A DNA stretch of 64,000 nt from an uncultured cyanobacterium (GTDB lineage Bacteria; Cyanobacteriota; Cyanobacteriia; Phormidesmidales; Phormidesmidaceae): NCBI GenBank assembly GCA_963793265.1, contig CAWBZI010000001.1, positions 1,600,001-1,664,000 of the forward strand. The letters are read 5' to 3'. Made by a program: the position numbers and the translations under genes. Positions 28,893 to 40,236 of the stretch are shown one piece after another (position 1 is the stretch's first letter; the number at the start of each line of letters is the position of its first letter). The notes beneath the pieces were generated by a model. That model did not search any database. It worked only from the letters and a program-made list of their open reading frames with translations, and had not been told where the DNA came from.

Positions 28893-31211
28893 CTAGCTAT
28901 CTTTAGCTAAAGCGCGTTCGATAGCGTTATTCCATTGGTCTGCTGCGTGTGCTACTGAAAGAGAGACAAGTGTGCGATCGCCCTTTCTAATCACTAAAGG
29001 CGAATCCGCCGTACCCACCGCGCCAAGCTGCTGAATGCTTCCCACATGCGACCGACAATAGCGCTCCCATTCAGCCTGATTGGTCGGCGCGACCGACACC
29101 AAAATACGCGCACCCCCTTCGCCAAAGAGCACCGTATCTAGCCGCAGTTGACTGCTTGATAGCGTAACGGTTGCGCCTTTTTGCCCACTAATACAAGATT
29201 CAGCCAGTGCGATCGCCATTCCTCCTTCTGCACAGTCATGCGCCGAGCGAATCCACCCCTGACGAATACCGTGCCGACAAGCCGCCTGCACCTTCAGCTC
29301 TAGCGCCACATCTACCTTCGGCGGCTGCCCTGCCACCGTCTGATGAATCAGCTTGAGATATTCAGCCCCCCCTAAAGTCACAGACCCTTCACCAGTACTA
29401 TCAGACCCTACCCCTAGCAGATAAATCAGATCGCCTTCTTCCTGAAAAGCCTGACCGCACACCTTCGTTAAATCAGGCACTAGGCCCACCATGCCCACAA
29501 CGGGCGTCGGATAGATTGGCTGAGGCTTGCCCGTACTATCGAGCGTTTCGTTATAGAGCGACACGTTACCACCCGTTACAGGTGTTGAGAACTGCCGACA
29601 GCCATCAGCTAATCCCCGGCAGGCTTCTGCGAGCTGCCAGTAGCCAATCGGCTTTTCAGGGCTCCCGAAGTTGAGATTATCAGTAACCGCCACTGGTTCT
29701 GCGCCGACACAGCTCAGGTTACGAGCCGCTTCAGCGACCGCTGCTAGTGCGCCTTCGTAAGGATTGAGGTATACGTGACGGGCGTTGCAGTCTACGGTAG
29801 CGGCGAGTCCTGCATCAGCTTTTAGATCTGGTTTGATCTGAGATCGCAGCCGAATTACCGCCGCATCAGCCCCACCCGGCATCATTACCGTATTGTTTTG
29901 CACCTGATGGTCATACTGCCGGTAAACCCACCGCTTAGAGGCGATCGTCGGCGTTGCTAATAGCGCCATCACCACCTGAGTCCAGGACTGCTCACCAATT
30001 CCCTCAGCCGTTGCCTCCGGTAGCGAGCTTTCCTGCCAGGCCCAAGCCTTTTGCGCATACTCAGGCGGCTCAGCCATCAGCTCATGCTGATAGATCGGCG
30101 TATTATCCGACAGCGCAGTCGCCGGGATTTCAGCCGCCACCCCGCCCTCAAACAAAATCCTCACAATCGGCTCTTCAATCACCGAACCGGCCACCACCGC
30201 CTGCAATCCCCAGCGATGAAAAATATCAACTAGCTCCTGCTCGCGCCCCGCATGAGCCACAAACAGCATTCTCTCCTGCGACTCCGAAAGCAAATACTCA
30301 TAAGGCACCATCCCCGGCTCCCGCTCAGGAATCAAGTCCAAATCTAGCTCAATTCCCACACCGCCATTTGCCGCCATCTCAGCCGTAGAGCACGTAATTC
30401 CAGCAGCCCCCATATCCTGCGCCGCCGCCACGCCCCCGGTCTTAAACGCCTCCAAACAAGCCTCCACCAAAGACTTCTCCAAAAACGGATCGCCCACCTG
30501 CACCGCAGGCCGATTCGCCTCCGACTCATCGCTCAGCTCCGCACTCGCAAAGCTAGCGCCCCCCATTCCATCGCGCCCCGTCGTCGAGCCCACATACAGC
30601 ACCGGATTCCCAATCCCCACAGCCCCCGACTTCACAATCTCGTCAGTTTCCATCAGGCCAATCGCCATCGCATTCACCAGCGGATTGCCACTGTAGGCTT
30701 CATCAAAAAAGACTTCGCCCCCCACCGTAGGCACCCCAAAGCAGTTGCCATAGTGCGCAATCCCAGAAACGACGCCCGTAAAAATCTGTCTAGTCCGCGC
30801 GTCTTCTAGACTTCCAAAGCGCAAAGAGTTGAGCGCTGCAATAGGCCGAGCGCCCATCGTAAAAATGTCTCGCAAAATGCCGCCAACACCAGTAGCTGCA
30901 CCTTGAAAGGGCTCAATAGCTGAAGGATGATTGTGCGATTCGATCTTAAAGGCAACCTGCATTCCATTGCCCACATCAATCACGCCCGCGTTTTCGCCAG
31001 GGCCGACCAAAATTCGCTCGCCCTCCGTCGGAAACTGACTTAGCAAAGGCCGTGAGTTTTTGTAGCAACAGTGCTCTGACCACATCACCCCAAACATCCC
31101 TAGCTCAGCACGATTCGGATGACGGCCCAACCGATTCACGATTTCGTCATACTCATCGGGCTTAAGCCCCTCTGATGCAATATCTTCGGGCGAGCAAGCA
31201 GCAGTTGCCAT
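28893..31211 (-). CDS. purL: Phosphoribosylformylglycinamidine synthase subunit PurL
   Basis: [40 protein letters not shown]. Confidence 0.98.
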   Translation of the reverse strand: MATAACSPEDIASEGLKPDEYDEIVNRLGRHPNRAELGMFGVMWSEHCCYKNSRPLLSQFPTEGERILVGPGENAGVIDVGNGMQVAFKIESHNHPSAIEPFQGAATGVGGILRDIFTMGARPIAALNSLRFGSLEDARTRQIFTGVVSGIAHYGNCFGVPTVGGEVFFDEAYSGNPLVNAMAIGLMETDEIVKSGAVGIGNPVLYVGSTTGRDGMGGASFASAELSDESEANRPAVQVGDPFLEKSLVEACLEAFKTGGVAAAQDMGAAGITCSTAEMAANGGVGIELDLDLIPEREPGMVPYEYLLSESQERMLFVAHAGREQELVDIFHRWGLQAVVAGSVIEEPIVRILFEGGVAAEIPATALSDNTPIYQHELMAEPPEYAQKAWAWQESSLPEATAEGIGEQSWTQVVMALLATPTIASKRWVYRQYDHQVQNNTVMMPGGADAAVIRLRSQIKPDLKADAGLAATVDCNARHVYLNPYEGALAAVAEAARNLSCVGAEPVAVTDNLNFGSPEKPIGYWQLAEACRGLADGCRQFSTPVTGGNVSLYNETLDSTGKPQPIYPTPVVGMVGLVPDLTKVCGQAFQEEGDLIYLLGVGSDSTGEGSVTLGGAEYLKLIHQTVAGQPPKVDVALELKVQAACRHGIRQGWIRSAHDCAEGGMAIALAESCISGQKGATVTLSSSQLRLDTVLFGEGGARILVSVAPTNQAEWERYCRSHVGSIQQLGAVGTADSPLVIRKGDRTLVSLSVAHAADQWNNAIERALAKDS

Positions 31212-31404
31212 AGGTTTTAATGGGGGTGGAATTGGCTGTTGAAGGAGACAGCTATCAATTCTATCTCTCTACGGAGACTTACTCCATTAGCGATGCGACC
31301 TGCGACCCATTTCGCCTGCGCATCTCCTCGGTGTATTGTTAAGAGAGCTTAACTATTGCTCTAATAGTTGAGCCATTAAATCAACTTTAACGAGAGGGCT
31401 TTCC

Positions 31405-31704
31405 ATGGCGACTTATAAGGTCACACTCATCAACGAAGATGAAGGCATTAACGAAACAATTGAATGCGCTGATGATACGTATATTATCGAAGCAGCCGAA
31501 GACGCGGGTATTGACCTGCCCGCTTCCTGCCGCGCAGGCTCCTGCTCTAGCTGCACTGGCAAGCTGGTTTCAGGCACCGTCGATCAGTCCGATCAGGTTT
31601 TCTTAGAAGATGACCAAATGGAAGCTGGCTTCGTATTAACTTGCGTCGCCTACCCAACGTCTGACTGCACCATTCAAACGCATCAAGAAGAAGCGCTTCT
31701 GTAG
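31405..31704 (+). CDS. petF: Plant-type [2Fe-2S] ferredoxin
   Basis: [12 protein letters not shown]...TCVAYP. Confidence 0.92.
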   Translation: MATYKVTLINEDEGINETIECADDTYIIEAAEDAGIDLPASCRAGSCSSCTGKLVSGTVDQSDQVFLEDDQMEAGFVLTCVAYPTSDCTIQTHQEEALL

Positions 31705-31744
31705 AGCCTTCTATAGTGCTTTAAGAATAGTGTTTTAAGAAAAG

Positions 31745-31784
31745 AAAAAGGCCCCACAGTCGTCTAAAACTGTGGGGCCTTTTT
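31745..31784. terminator. Bidirectional terminator after petF
   Basis: 16-bp perfect IR aaaaaggccccacagt / actgtggggccttttt. Confidence 0.9.
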
Positions 31785-31801
31785 GCGTATGCTACGGAGC
31801 G

Positions 31802-32200
31802 TTATTGCAATATATCCTTAGGATTTTTTGTTTTCCTTAAGTCAGACAGCGTGTCCTGTGAGAAGGCACTGCTGCGTCTTTCTGGCAAAACGTCATTCAG
31901 CGCACTTTCGCGCTTGTAGGAGTTTTTCGCAGTCGATTTGGGTTCGGGATGATTTTCGTTGTTTCGCAGCGTTTGCTCAATGATATCTCGTAGGGTTTCG
32001 CCGTAAGACTCGATATAGTACTCAATGGTCTGCTCGCCGCGAGCCCTGTCCATGTCCATATCAATATTGTAGGCAATCAGCGTTTGGGACTCGGGCAAAG
32101 CGTTGTTTGAAATATTTAGAGTGGGGCTACTAATGCCTATCAGCATCAATACACACACTGCCATCTTTGCCGCGTTTTGGACTATTTGAGCGATCGCCAT
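31802..32200 (-). CDS. Hypothetical exported protein
   Basis: 132-aa ORF with N-terminal hydrophobic segment, ending at the shared terminator. Confidence 0.55.
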   Translation of the reverse strand: MAIAQIVQNAAKMAVCVLMLIGISSPTLNISNNALPESQTLIAYNIDMDMDRARGEQTIEYYIESYGETLRDIIEQTLRNNENHPEPKSTAKNSYKRESALNDVLPERRSSAFSQDTLSDLRKTKNPKDILQ

Positions 32201-32356
32201 TCTGTCTTGACCTTAATGAAGTTAGCTGTGAATACTCTATGTTTTATATAGTGCGGCTGCATTTATTCCTATCGTGACATAGATAATGCAGAGATCTCGG
32301 GTATGCGAATACGCGGGAAGACTTTTTGCAATGACACGATTTCAGGAGGGCGTCTT

Positions 32357-33931
32357 ATGCGCCGTGTATCTCAGCTAGCGATCGCTGCTCTCATCATCGG
32401 TAGCCTTCTACGCTTTGCCAACTTAGAAGGCAAAATTTACTGGCACGACGAAACCTATACGGCTCTATACGCTACCGGGCATGGCCGCGAAGAAGCGCAA
32501 GCAGCCCTCTTTGACGGTCAAATCAAATCAGCCAGTGACGTTTTAGCATGGCAAACAGCAGAGCCTAACAACGGCTTAGTTAAAACCTGGCAGCAGCTCG
32601 CTGAGGACGATTCCCAACATCCGCCGCTGTATTATCTGCTGACTCGTTTGGCGATGTATGTGACCAGTAATACCGTTGTCGCTACAAGAGTGATTGCAGC
32701 GATCGCAGGCATCCTCCTTATCCCCGCAATCTACTGGCTCAGCCTAGAACTCTTTGGCTCAAAACCAGCAACGAGCCTTAGTGCGGCCCTCGTTGCCGTC
32801 TCTCCCTTTCAATATTTATACGCTCAAGAAGCGCGTGAATATAGCATGTGGGCCTTAGCGATCGCCCTCACCAGTGCCACGCTCCTAAAAGCACTCCGCA
32901 AAAGCAATCCGCTCAACTGGCTGATCTACGCAGCAACGCTAACAGCAGGTCTTTACACTTGCATCCTTACCTTTTTAGTCATTGCCAGCCATAGCCTGTA
33001 CGTCATCTGGCGATCGCTCGTTCTATACAAAGGGAAACGTAGCGCCCATGCCTTTGTAGCGCTTCGCAACTTCACGATCAGCACCATCGCTAGCCTACTG
33101 TTGTTCCTGCCATGGCTAACTATCATCACAAAGATAGACGCCGCAAGTTGGACAGCCAAACCGATGCCGTTTTTGGCATTAGGCAAAATTTGGGCAGGCA
33201 ATATTACCCGACTATTTTTTGATCTCAACTTAGATGCTACCGATCCAATCTTCTACACAGCCATCCCTGTTCTGCTCGCGCTAGGGCTCGTGAGCTATAC
33301 GCTCATTTGGAGCATTCGGCGTATGCCCATATCAGCTTCAGTATTTTTGGGATTACTTGGCGGTGTCACATTACTGGCGTTTGTCGGGCCTGACCTGTTA
33401 TTTGGTGGGCGGCGTTCTAGTGTGAGCCGGTATTTTATTCCTGTGTATCTTTGCTTGCAGATTGCGATCGCCTACCTCCTAGCCCAAAAAATATCAAATA
33501 ACAAAACATCATCCAACCGCAAACAAATTCGCTGGCAAAGAGCCACCGCCGGACTCCTCATCGCAGGCTTAATCTCCTGCCTCGTCAGCATTCCATCAGA
33601 TACCTGGTGGCACAAAAAGAACAGCCACCTTAATCCAGAAGTCGCCCAAACCGTAAACCAAGCGCCTAACTCCCTTCTTATCAGCAGTAATAACAATGCA
33701 AATCTAGGCGAAGTTTTCTCTTTGAGCCACCGACTAAGCCCTGATCAAAAACTACTGCTGTTTGAAGAGCCTAATCTACCCACCATTCCATCAGGCTTCG
33801 AGTCAATCTTCGTTTTTAATATCTCTGCTGATGCCAAAGACCAGCTCAGCCAAACAAACACTTATCAACTAATTCCAGCCTATGAGGAGGGGCGGTTGTG
33901 GAAGATTCAACCCACAGAACCAGCCGTATAA
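32357..33931 (+). CDS. Glycosyltransferase family 39 (PMT-like) membrane protein
   Basis: YWHDE, HPPLYY, YAQEAREY; many TM helices; AGGAGG SD before 32357. Confidence 0.85.
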   Translation: MRRVSQLAIAALIIGSLLRFANLEGKIYWHDETYTALYATGHGREEAQAALFDGQIKSASDVLAWQTAEPNNGLVKTWQQLAEDDSQHPPLYYLLTRLAMYVTSNTVVATRVIAAIAGILLIPAIYWLSLELFGSKPATSLSAALVAVSPFQYLYAQEAREYSMWALAIALTSATLLKALRKSNPLNWLIYAATLTAGLYTCILTFLVIASHSLYVIWRSLVLYKGKRSAHAFVALRNFTISTIASLLLFLPWLTIITKIDAASWTAKPMPFLALGKIWAGNITRLFFDLNLDATDPIFYTAIPVLLALGLVSYTLIWSIRRMPISASVFLGLLGGVTLLAFVGPDLLFGGRRSSVSRYFIPVYLCLQIAIAYLLAQKISNNKTSSNRKQIRWQRATAGLLIAGLISCLVSIPSDTWWHKKNSHLNPEVAQTVNQAPNSLLISSNNNANLGEVFSLSHRLSPDQKLLLFEEPNLPTIPSGFESIFVFNISADAKDQLSQTNTYQLIPAYEEGRLWKIQPTEPAV

Positions 33932-33980
33932 CCCATCGGCGTGAGGAAGAACAGAAAGATCGTCCCAAAAAATAGACAGC

Positions 33981-34027
33981 AAAAAGCCCCCCGCACGTGC
34001 CTCGTTAAAGGTGGTGCGGGGGGCTTC
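33981..34027 (-). terminator. psbA terminator
   Basis: aagccccccgcac / gtgcggggggctt IR with A5 on the + strand (U run on minus). Confidence 0.85.
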
Positions 34028-34056
34028 TCGTTTCAATCTATGGAGTAATCAGACGA

Positions 34057-35139
34057 CTACGCAGCAATCGAAGGAGCAGTCAAAGCTACAGGGGCAGCTT
34101 CGCCAGCAGCCAAGTCAAGCGGGAAGTTGTGAGCATTGCGCTCGTGCATCACTTCCATACCCAAGTTGGCACGGTTGAGAACGTCTGCCCAGCTACCAAT
34201 CACACGACCTTGTGAGTCGATGATCGACTGGTTGAAGTTGAACCCGTTCAGGTTGAACGCCATCGTGCTGATGCCCAAAGCGGTAAACCAGATGCCAACT
34301 ACTGGCCATGCACCCAACAAGAAGTGGAGTGAACGGCTGTTGTTGAACGAGGCGTACTGGAAGATTAGACGACCGAAGTAGCCGTGCGCTGCAACGATGT
34401 TGTATGTCTCTTCTTCTTGACCAAACTTGTAGCCGTAGTTCTGTGACTCAGTTTCTGTCGTCTCACGTACCAAGGAAGAGGTTACGAGTGAGCCGTGCAT
34501 TGCTGAGAACAATGAACCACCGAATACACCAGCAACTCCCAACATGTGGAAGGGGTGCATCAAGATGTTGTGCTCTGCTTGGAACACCAACATGAAGTTG
34601 AATGTACCCGAGATACCCAAAGGCATCCCGTCAGAGAACGAACCTTGACCCAAGGGGTAGATCAAGAACACTGCTGTTGCCGCTGCGACTGGCGCAGAGT
34701 AAGCAACACAGATCCAAGGACGCATACCGAGGCGGTAGGATAGCTCCCACTCACGACCCATGTAGCAGAAGACGCCGATGAGGAAGTGGAAGATGACCAG
34801 CTGGTAAGGGCCGCCGTTGTAGAGCCACTCATCAAGAGAAGCTGCTTCCCAGATGGGGTAGAAGTGGAGGCCAATGGCGTTAGATGAAGGTACAACCGCA
34901 CCAGAGATGATGTTGTTGCCGTACATCAATGAACCTGCAACAGGCTCACGGATGCCGTCGATGTCCACAGGAGGAGCAGCGATGAACGCGATTACGAAAC
35001 ATGCGGTAGCAGCGAGTAGTGTAGGAATCATCAAGACGCCGAACCAGCCAACATAGAGGCGGTTCTCGGTGCTTGTGACCCACTGACAAAACTGCTCCCA
35101 CAGAGAGGCGCTTTGGCGCGTCTGTAGTGTAGTAGTCAT
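34057..35139 (-). CDS. psbA: Photosystem II D1 protein, standard type with Glu130 (D1:2-like)
   Basis: Full 360-aa D1; YMGREWELS (E130); Mn-cluster ligand motifs intact ([28 protein letters not shown]). Confidence 0.99.
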   Translation of the reverse strand: MTTTLQTRQSASLWEQFCQWVTSTENRLYVGWFGVLMIPTLLAATACFVIAFIAAPPVDIDGIREPVAGSLMYGNNIISGAVVPSSNAIGLHFYPIWEAASLDEWLYNGGPYQLVIFHFLIGVFCYMGREWELSYRLGMRPWICVAYSAPVAAATAVFLIYPLGQGSFSDGMPLGISGTFNFMLVFQAEHNILMHPFHMLGVAGVFGGSLFSAMHGSLVTSSLVRETTETESQNYGYKFGQEEETYNIVAAHGYFGRLIFQYASFNNSRSLHFLLGAWPVVGIWFTALGISTMAFNLNGFNFNQSIIDSQGRVIGSWADVLNRANLGMEVMHERNAHNFPLDLAAGEAAPVALTAPSIAA

Positions 35140-35225
35140 GGTTATTATTCCGGTAGTTAGGTACGTATTAATCGACTGCGACCCAAACCTCTAAAAGAAG
35201 GTAGTGTGTCTCAACCGATGTAACT

Positions 35226-35254
35226 ACTATAGCGTTTGTAACAGAATATTACAA
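35226..35254 (-). promoter_or_regulatory. psbA promoter: -10 TATAGT preceded by an HLR1-like half-site GTTACAAA
   Basis: Minus strand TTGTAATATTCTGTTACAAACGCTATAGT, resembling RpaB-controlled psbA promoters. Confidence 0.55.
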
Positions 35255-35323
35255 GGCTCTCAGGCAACTTATTAGGGATTTACACCTATTGGCGTAGGTC
35301 AAAAGACCCGGAAGTCAATGGAA

Positions 35324-35980
35324 TCAGCGCATAGAGCCCATAGTGCTTTTCCAAGAAAGTTCTTTATACAGCACCTGAAGGGCTCTTTGGTCTGGGCCTG
35401 AGAATAATTCGGTGTCAATTAGCTCAGCTAGTACCTGCTGCGTGAGCTGGGCTGCAAAACCACCACCAGAGCGTAATAGATGACTGTAGTAAGCAAACTG
35501 CGGCTTGCCTTCAGCCGTCCGATGAAAGCTATGAACTTCAGCTTCATCCATCTGACAAACGGGCGTATTAGCAGGCACAACGACGCGTGGAATGCCATGC
35601 AGGCCGTAGCTATGAGAGGCCGTCGCTTCAAGGCTGCCAATGAGGACAACGTTGAGCAGAATGCAGGTGTCTTGAACTAAATCAGGGGTGAAGACTGGGT
35701 CTGGTGCGCTTGTGAGGCGCGGGCCGCTGTTCATAAAAGCTGAGTTGAAAAGCTGTGTATCGTAAACAACACCTACGGCCCAATGTCGGTGGCTATCGAA
35801 CTTTACAAACTGACCGAAGCCGTAGTCATCTATTTGAGGCGGAAAGTCTACATCGTTGCCTGTGTCTAGCTGAACTACATAGTCGCAGTGAGAGTTTGAC
35901 TTTACGACTTTACCTAAGCAGGTAGCCGATGAAGGCTCTGGGACTGAAGGCTGCGGAACGATACGTGAAGAAGAAACCAT
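35324..35980 (-). CDS. Conserved cyanobacterial protein, HAS-barrel-like
   Basis: GKVVKSNSHCDY, FGQFV, VGVVYDT pattern resembling HerA-associated HAS barrels. Confidence 0.5.
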   Translation of the reverse strand: MVSSSRIVPQPSVPEPSSATCLGKVVKSNSHCDYVVQLDTGNDVDFPPQIDDYGFGQFVKFDSHRHWAVGVVYDTQLFNSAFMNSGPRLTSAPDPVFTPDLVQDTCILLNVVLIGSLEATASHSYGLHGIPRVVVPANTPVCQMDEAEVHSFHRTAEGKPQFAYYSHLLRSGGGFAAQLTQQVLAELIDTELFSGPDQRALQVLYKELSWKSTMGSMR

Positions 35981-36046
35981 AGCGCTACTCGAGTGTCGTG
36001 TCAGGTTGTGGCTTCAGGATATATCAAATAGTGGTACAGATATATT

Positions 36047-36079
36047 AAAAGCGTGAGAATGCAATACACTCTCACGCTT
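36047..36079 (-). terminator. Hairpin/terminator downstream of apcD
   Basis: aagcgtgaga / tctcacgctt IR with A run on the + strand. Confidence 0.65.
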
Positions 36080-36160
36080 CTATAAGTCTTATTTTGATAA
36101 AGTTCTAACTTAAATGAAGCCAGCTACGTCTTCAGAAAAACCGTCTTCAATAAGGTCAGC

Positions 36161-36649
36161 CTAAGAAGACATCGCTTGAATGATGTAGTCAAAGTAAGGA
36201 GCCGCTTCAGCCGCGTCTTCTTCACTCATTAGTGGCAAAGAAGCTTGCTTGAGGCAGCGGATTGCTTCCACCATGCCAGGGACAGGGACATCCAGGGCGT
36301 TGTACATTTCGCGGACGCCAATAAGACCGATGCTTTCGATAGGGTCTTTGTCGCCAGCAAGAACGCTGTATGTGATTAGGCGCAGATACCAGCCGTAGTC
36401 ACGGAGGCATAGGGCGCGCTGCTTTTGGCCGTAGGCATTACCGCCTTTGGCGATAAAGTCGGGCCGAAGTTTCCAAAGGGCACCGCTGGCTTGATCGACA
36501 ATTTTCTTTTCGTTATCGGCTAGCGTCTGAGCAATCCGCATTCGCTGATTGCCAGTTTTTAAGAAGTTTTCGATACCTTTGAGTTCGCCGCTAGTGGGGT
36601 AGCGCAACTCATCATCTGCATTGAGGATTACTTGACTGACAACAGACAT
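36161..36649 (-). CDS. apcD: Allophycocyanin-B alpha subunit
   Basis: [24 protein letters not shown]...[16 protein letters not shown]. Confidence 0.95.
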   Translation of the reverse strand: MSVVSQVILNADDELRYPTSGELKGIENFLKTGNQRMRIAQTLADNEKKIVDQASGALWKLRPDFIAKGGNAYGQKQRALCLRDYGWYLRLITYSVLAGDKDPIESIGLIGVREMYNALDVPVPGMVEAIRCLKQASLPLMSEEDAAEAAPYFDYIIQAMSS

Positions 36650-36944
36650 AGTTTATAAAAGTGCGGTAACTCTACTGAATATTCTACAGTCTAGCGAGTT
36701 CAAGGGCGACAAGGAAAGGACGCCTCCTCTTTTTGAGCGCATTTTTTCTATAAAAGACAAAGGTAAGCGCTGCTAAAGCTTGCCTGAGAAAGAACTTAAG
36801 AAATATTAAGTCACTTAGAATAATTCAGGGCATGCAGAGAGAAACCGGCTGCTCTTGTTTGCACTTAGAGATATTAAGTAGCAAGTAATCCCATGATGCA
36901 CCGGCAAATACGCCATACTGAATAGCTGATTCATAGAAGCAGTC

Positions 36945-38588
36945 ATGCCATCTCCAGTTCCCCCACCAAAAAAGCTACGCACCGCCGCATCTAATGCGCC
37001 TATTCAAAAGCCACAGAAAAGGGCTCCTGAAAAGAAAGCTATAGCTAGCCCTATCCGCCAGTCTAATCCTGGTAGACAGAACTCATCTGATAGCTCACCC
37101 TCAGATGCGCCTGAAGGTGATAAAGCTAAGTCTGCTAGTCAAGAAGCTGTTAGTCAGGATGTATGGCCCAAGGAGCCGCCAGAGGAGAAGTGGCAGCGTG
37201 ACGCCGTGCTGAAGATGACTATCACCGACTTGAGCAATACGGGTGATGGCGTGGGCAGATGGGAAGATCGGGTTGTCTTTGTGCCGAATACGGTGCCAGG
37301 CGATGTGATGCGGGTGAAGATGACTAAGGTGAAAGCGACGCATGGCTTTGGCATACCTGCGGGTATTGTGACGCCTTCGCCTGCACGCGTACGGCCTGCC
37401 TGCATTGTGGCGGACAAGTGTGGGGGGTGTCAGTGGCAGCAGGTGAGCTACGAAAAACAGCTCGAAGCGAAGCATCATCTGGTGGTAGATACGCTGACGC
37501 GGATTGGCAAGCTGACTGTAAAGGGTGTGGGAGGCGGCGTAGGAAACGCTGCAACGGATGGTGCAGGCGGCATTCAGGTTGATCCGGTATTGGCGGCACC
37601 TGAGCAGCTAAACTATCGCAACAAAGCCACCTATCCATTGGGTCTTTCGCAGATTAAGACCGTTCAGGCAGGCTATTACCGTAAAGGCTCACATCGTTTG
37701 GTGAACCTGAATCAGTGCCCTGTTCAAGATAAGAGGCTCGATCCTTTGCTAGCTGAGGTGAAGCTAGATATTCAGGCGCGTGAGTGGAAAATTTATAACG
37801 AAAAGTTTCATAAGGGGCACCTGAAGCATCTGTCGGTGCGGGTGGGGCGGCGAACCGGGCAGATTTTGCTGACGCTGGTGAGTCGGTCGGTGAAGCTAAA
37901 AGGGATTCATGAGCAGGCGGCGCAGTGGATGGAAAAGTTGCCGAATGTCGTTGGGGTGCTGGTGAATTTGAACTGGAAGAAGACGAATGCGATCTTTGGC
38001 CCAGATACTTACTGCATTGCAGGCGAAGACCATTTGGAAGAAGACTTTGCGGGCCTGAGGTTTCATATTCAGCCGACGACCTTTTTTCAGGTGAATACGG
38101 ATCAGGCTGAACGTTTGCTAGAAGAAATTCAAAATGAGCTGGCGCTGACGGGCGAGGAAACGCTGGTAGATGCGTACTGTGGCGTTGGGACGTTTACGCT
38201 GCCGCTGGCTAGAAAGGTTGAACGCTGTATTGGATTGGAATCGTTTACGGAGTCGGTGACGCAGGCTGAGAAGAATGCGGTGCTGAATAATATTGAGAAT
38301 GCGGCGTTTAAGATTGGCGATGTCGCTGAGCTGATACCGCAGTTAGACGTTAAGCCTGACATTGTGATGATGGATCCGCCGCGTAAGGGCTGTGAGCCGG
38401 AGGTGTTAGCGGCCTTGATAGAGCTTAAGCCTGAGCGGATTGTGTATGTGAGCTGTAATCCGGCGACGCTTGCGCGAGACTTAAAGGTGCTGTGTGAGAC
38501 GGGTGGCTACCGGGTTAAGCGGGTACAGCCTGCTGACTTTTTCCCGCAGACATCCCATGTGGAATGTGCCGCCTTTCTGGTAGCTTAG
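36945..38588 (+). CDS. rlmD: 23S rRNA m5U1939 methyltransferase with low-complexity N-terminal extension
   Basis: TRAM domain, CGGCQWQ, FFQVN, DAYCGVG, DPPRKG, YVSCNPATLARD, DFFPQTSHVE. Confidence 0.93.
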   Translation: MPSPVPPPKKLRTAASNAPIQKPQKRAPEKKAIASPIRQSNPGRQNSSDSSPSDAPEGDKAKSASQEAVSQDVWPKEPPEEKWQRDAVLKMTITDLSNTGDGVGRWEDRVVFVPNTVPGDVMRVKMTKVKATHGFGIPAGIVTPSPARVRPACIVADKCGGCQWQQVSYEKQLEAKHHLVVDTLTRIGKLTVKGVGGGVGNAATDGAGGIQVDPVLAAPEQLNYRNKATYPLGLSQIKTVQAGYYRKGSHRLVNLNQCPVQDKRLDPLLAEVKLDIQAREWKIYNEKFHKGHLKHLSVRVGRRTGQILLTLVSRSVKLKGIHEQAAQWMEKLPNVVGVLVNLNWKKTNAIFGPDTYCIAGEDHLEEDFAGLRFHIQPTTFFQVNTDQAERLLEEIQNELALTGEETLVDAYCGVGTFTLPLARKVERCIGLESFTESVTQAEKNAVLNNIENAAFKIGDVAELIPQLDVKPDIVMMDPPRKGCEPEVLAALIELKPERIVYVSCNPATLARDLKVLCETGGYRVKRVQPADFFPQTSHVECAAFLVA

Positions 38589-38637
38589 TGCTCAAAGATT
38601 AGGGGCGTCTTCTAAAAAGGAGATTCGAGGGAAAGCC

Positions 38638-39693
38638 ATGAAATTTAGCCAGATCGTTCTAGCGTTAGGAGATCAGGTCACGGCGTCGAGCCCAGATGGT
38701 AAAGATGGGAATGCCGTAGGTGAGCTAGAGCTGACGGAATTAGCGGCAATTCAGGAGGCGAGTGCGATCGCCCTAAGCTACGTAGAAGGCCCTAAATTCG
38801 CCCAATATATTGAGACAACCGGGGCCGGGGCGCTGATTTTGCCAGCCAATGAAGCCTTGCAGCAGAAGGCAACGGCGCGATCGCTTCCCTGGATTAGCGT
38901 CAAAAATCCACGCCTCGTTTTTGCCAGAGCGATCGCCCTTTTCTACCAGCCTTTCAGCCAGCCGCCCGGCATTCACCCCAGCGCTGTGATTGATCCAACG
39001 GCTGAGATTGGTAAAGACGTAGCTATTGGCGCGCATGTGGTGATTCAGGCCAATGCGAAGGTAGGCGATCGCGTCTGCATCCATCCCAATGTCACCCTCT
39101 ACCCTGACGTAACGATTGGTACTGGCAGTACCCTTCATGCCAACTGCACGCTTCACGAGCGCACCCAGCTCGGTTCAAACTGTGTAGTTCACAGTGGCGC
39201 GGTTATTGGTGCAGAAGGCTTTGGCTTTGTGCCAACAGCAGAAGGCTGGGAGAAAATGCACCAGTCGGGCCGGTCGGTGCTGGAAGATGGCGTCGAAATT
39301 GGCTGCAACTCCACGGTTGATAGGCCCGCTGTTGGTGAAACCAGAATTGGCAAGAACACTAAAATCGACAATATGGTGCACATTGCCCATGGCTGTCGGG
39401 TTGGAGAAGCCGTGGCAATGGCTGCGCAAGTTGGGATGGCAGGTGGGGTAACGGTTGGGAACCGGGTGATATTAGCCGGGCAGGTGGGGATTGCGAATCA
39501 GGCAGTTGTGGGCGATCGCGTCGTCGCCTCAGCGAAAGCAGGGATTCATCACAATATTGAACCAGGGTTAACGGTTTCTGGAATGCCCGCAATTCCTCAT
39601 CAGCTCTATTTGAGATGCGCTATTTTATTTGGGCGTTTGCCCGAAATGGCAAAGTCGATTAAGCAGCTCCAAAAGAAGATTGGTACTGACTAA
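38638..39693 (+). CDS. lpxD: UDP-3-O-(3-hydroxymyristoyl)glucosamine N-acyltransferase
   Basis: Hexapeptide repeats, IGAEGFGF, KIDNMVHIAHG. Confidence 0.95.
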   Translation: MKFSQIVLALGDQVTASSPDGKDGNAVGELELTELAAIQEASAIALSYVEGPKFAQYIETTGAGALILPANEALQQKATARSLPWISVKNPRLVFARAIALFYQPFSQPPGIHPSAVIDPTAEIGKDVAIGAHVVIQANAKVGDRVCIHPNVTLYPDVTIGTGSTLHANCTLHERTQLGSNCVVHSGAVIGAEGFGFVPTAEGWEKMHQSGRSVLEDGVEIGCNSTVDRPAVGETRIGKNTKIDNMVHIAHGCRVGEAVAMAAQVGMAGGVTVGNRVILAGQVGIANQAVVGDRVVASAKAGIHHNIEPGLTVSGMPAIPHQLYLRCAILFGRLPEMAKSIKQLQKKIGTD

Positions 39694-39886
39694 TCAGGTG
39701 CGAGCATTAATCAATACGAATCGCCGCTAGTTCTCTATTAACTTTGCAGACAGTTAATAAAGGGTTACAAATACTGGCAAGAAGCATAGAAGTCGCCTAA
39801 CGTTTTTAACAAAAAATGAACTTATCGATAACTTCTGTAGCGCTCCGTTAACTTAGGCGTACGGGGCAACATGCGGCTGACGGACG

Positions 39887-39895
39887 TGCTAATTT
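39887..39895 (+). promoter_or_regulatory. Putative extended -10 promoter (TG-c-TAATTT)
   Basis: Sequence match only; lies upstream of a structured intergenic segment. Confidence 0.35.
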
Positions 39896-40236
39896 AATAG
39901 CAAGAAAAACAACTGAATAACAAGCGTTTGATTGCCTTTTGAACGCTCTGAGGAAGGAGTCCTTTCATTGCTGAAAGACTTATCTCTAACTAAGGAGTTT
40001 ACACAAGGGGATCAGGCAGACCAAACGGACTTCATGCGTTTTGCTGGCTCTTGTTTCAACCTTGGGTTTAGACTTTATTATTTTGTAAGGTCGGGCCGAA
40101 TCGAAATGGATATGACAGAAATAGGCCATGCAAGCACTGTAAACACCTTGTAAACGACTAGCTTTCAGTTAGCTCTCACAAAATTCGCAAAGCAACGGAG
40201 GATATTAACTGTTCTTTTACGCTGACAAACCCATTT

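Noticed and set aside
34057..35139. psbA as a rogue D1 or chlorophyll f synthase
   Set aside because: All visible Mn-cluster ligand motifs and the normal C-terminal processing site are present; no far-red gene cluster nearby
35237..35252. Possible NtcA boxes at the psbA promoter and near 42043
   Set aside because: Spacing is GTA-N9-TAC, not the canonical N8
36161..36649. apcD as a far-red allophycocyanin
   Set aside because: Sequence looks like conventional ApcD and is not clustered with other apc/psa/psb paralogues
39949..39962. GAGGAAGGAGTCC resembling the RNase P RNA motif GAGGAAAGTCC
   Set aside because: Imperfect match, and the 3' conserved ACAGAA.CCGGCTTA element is absent
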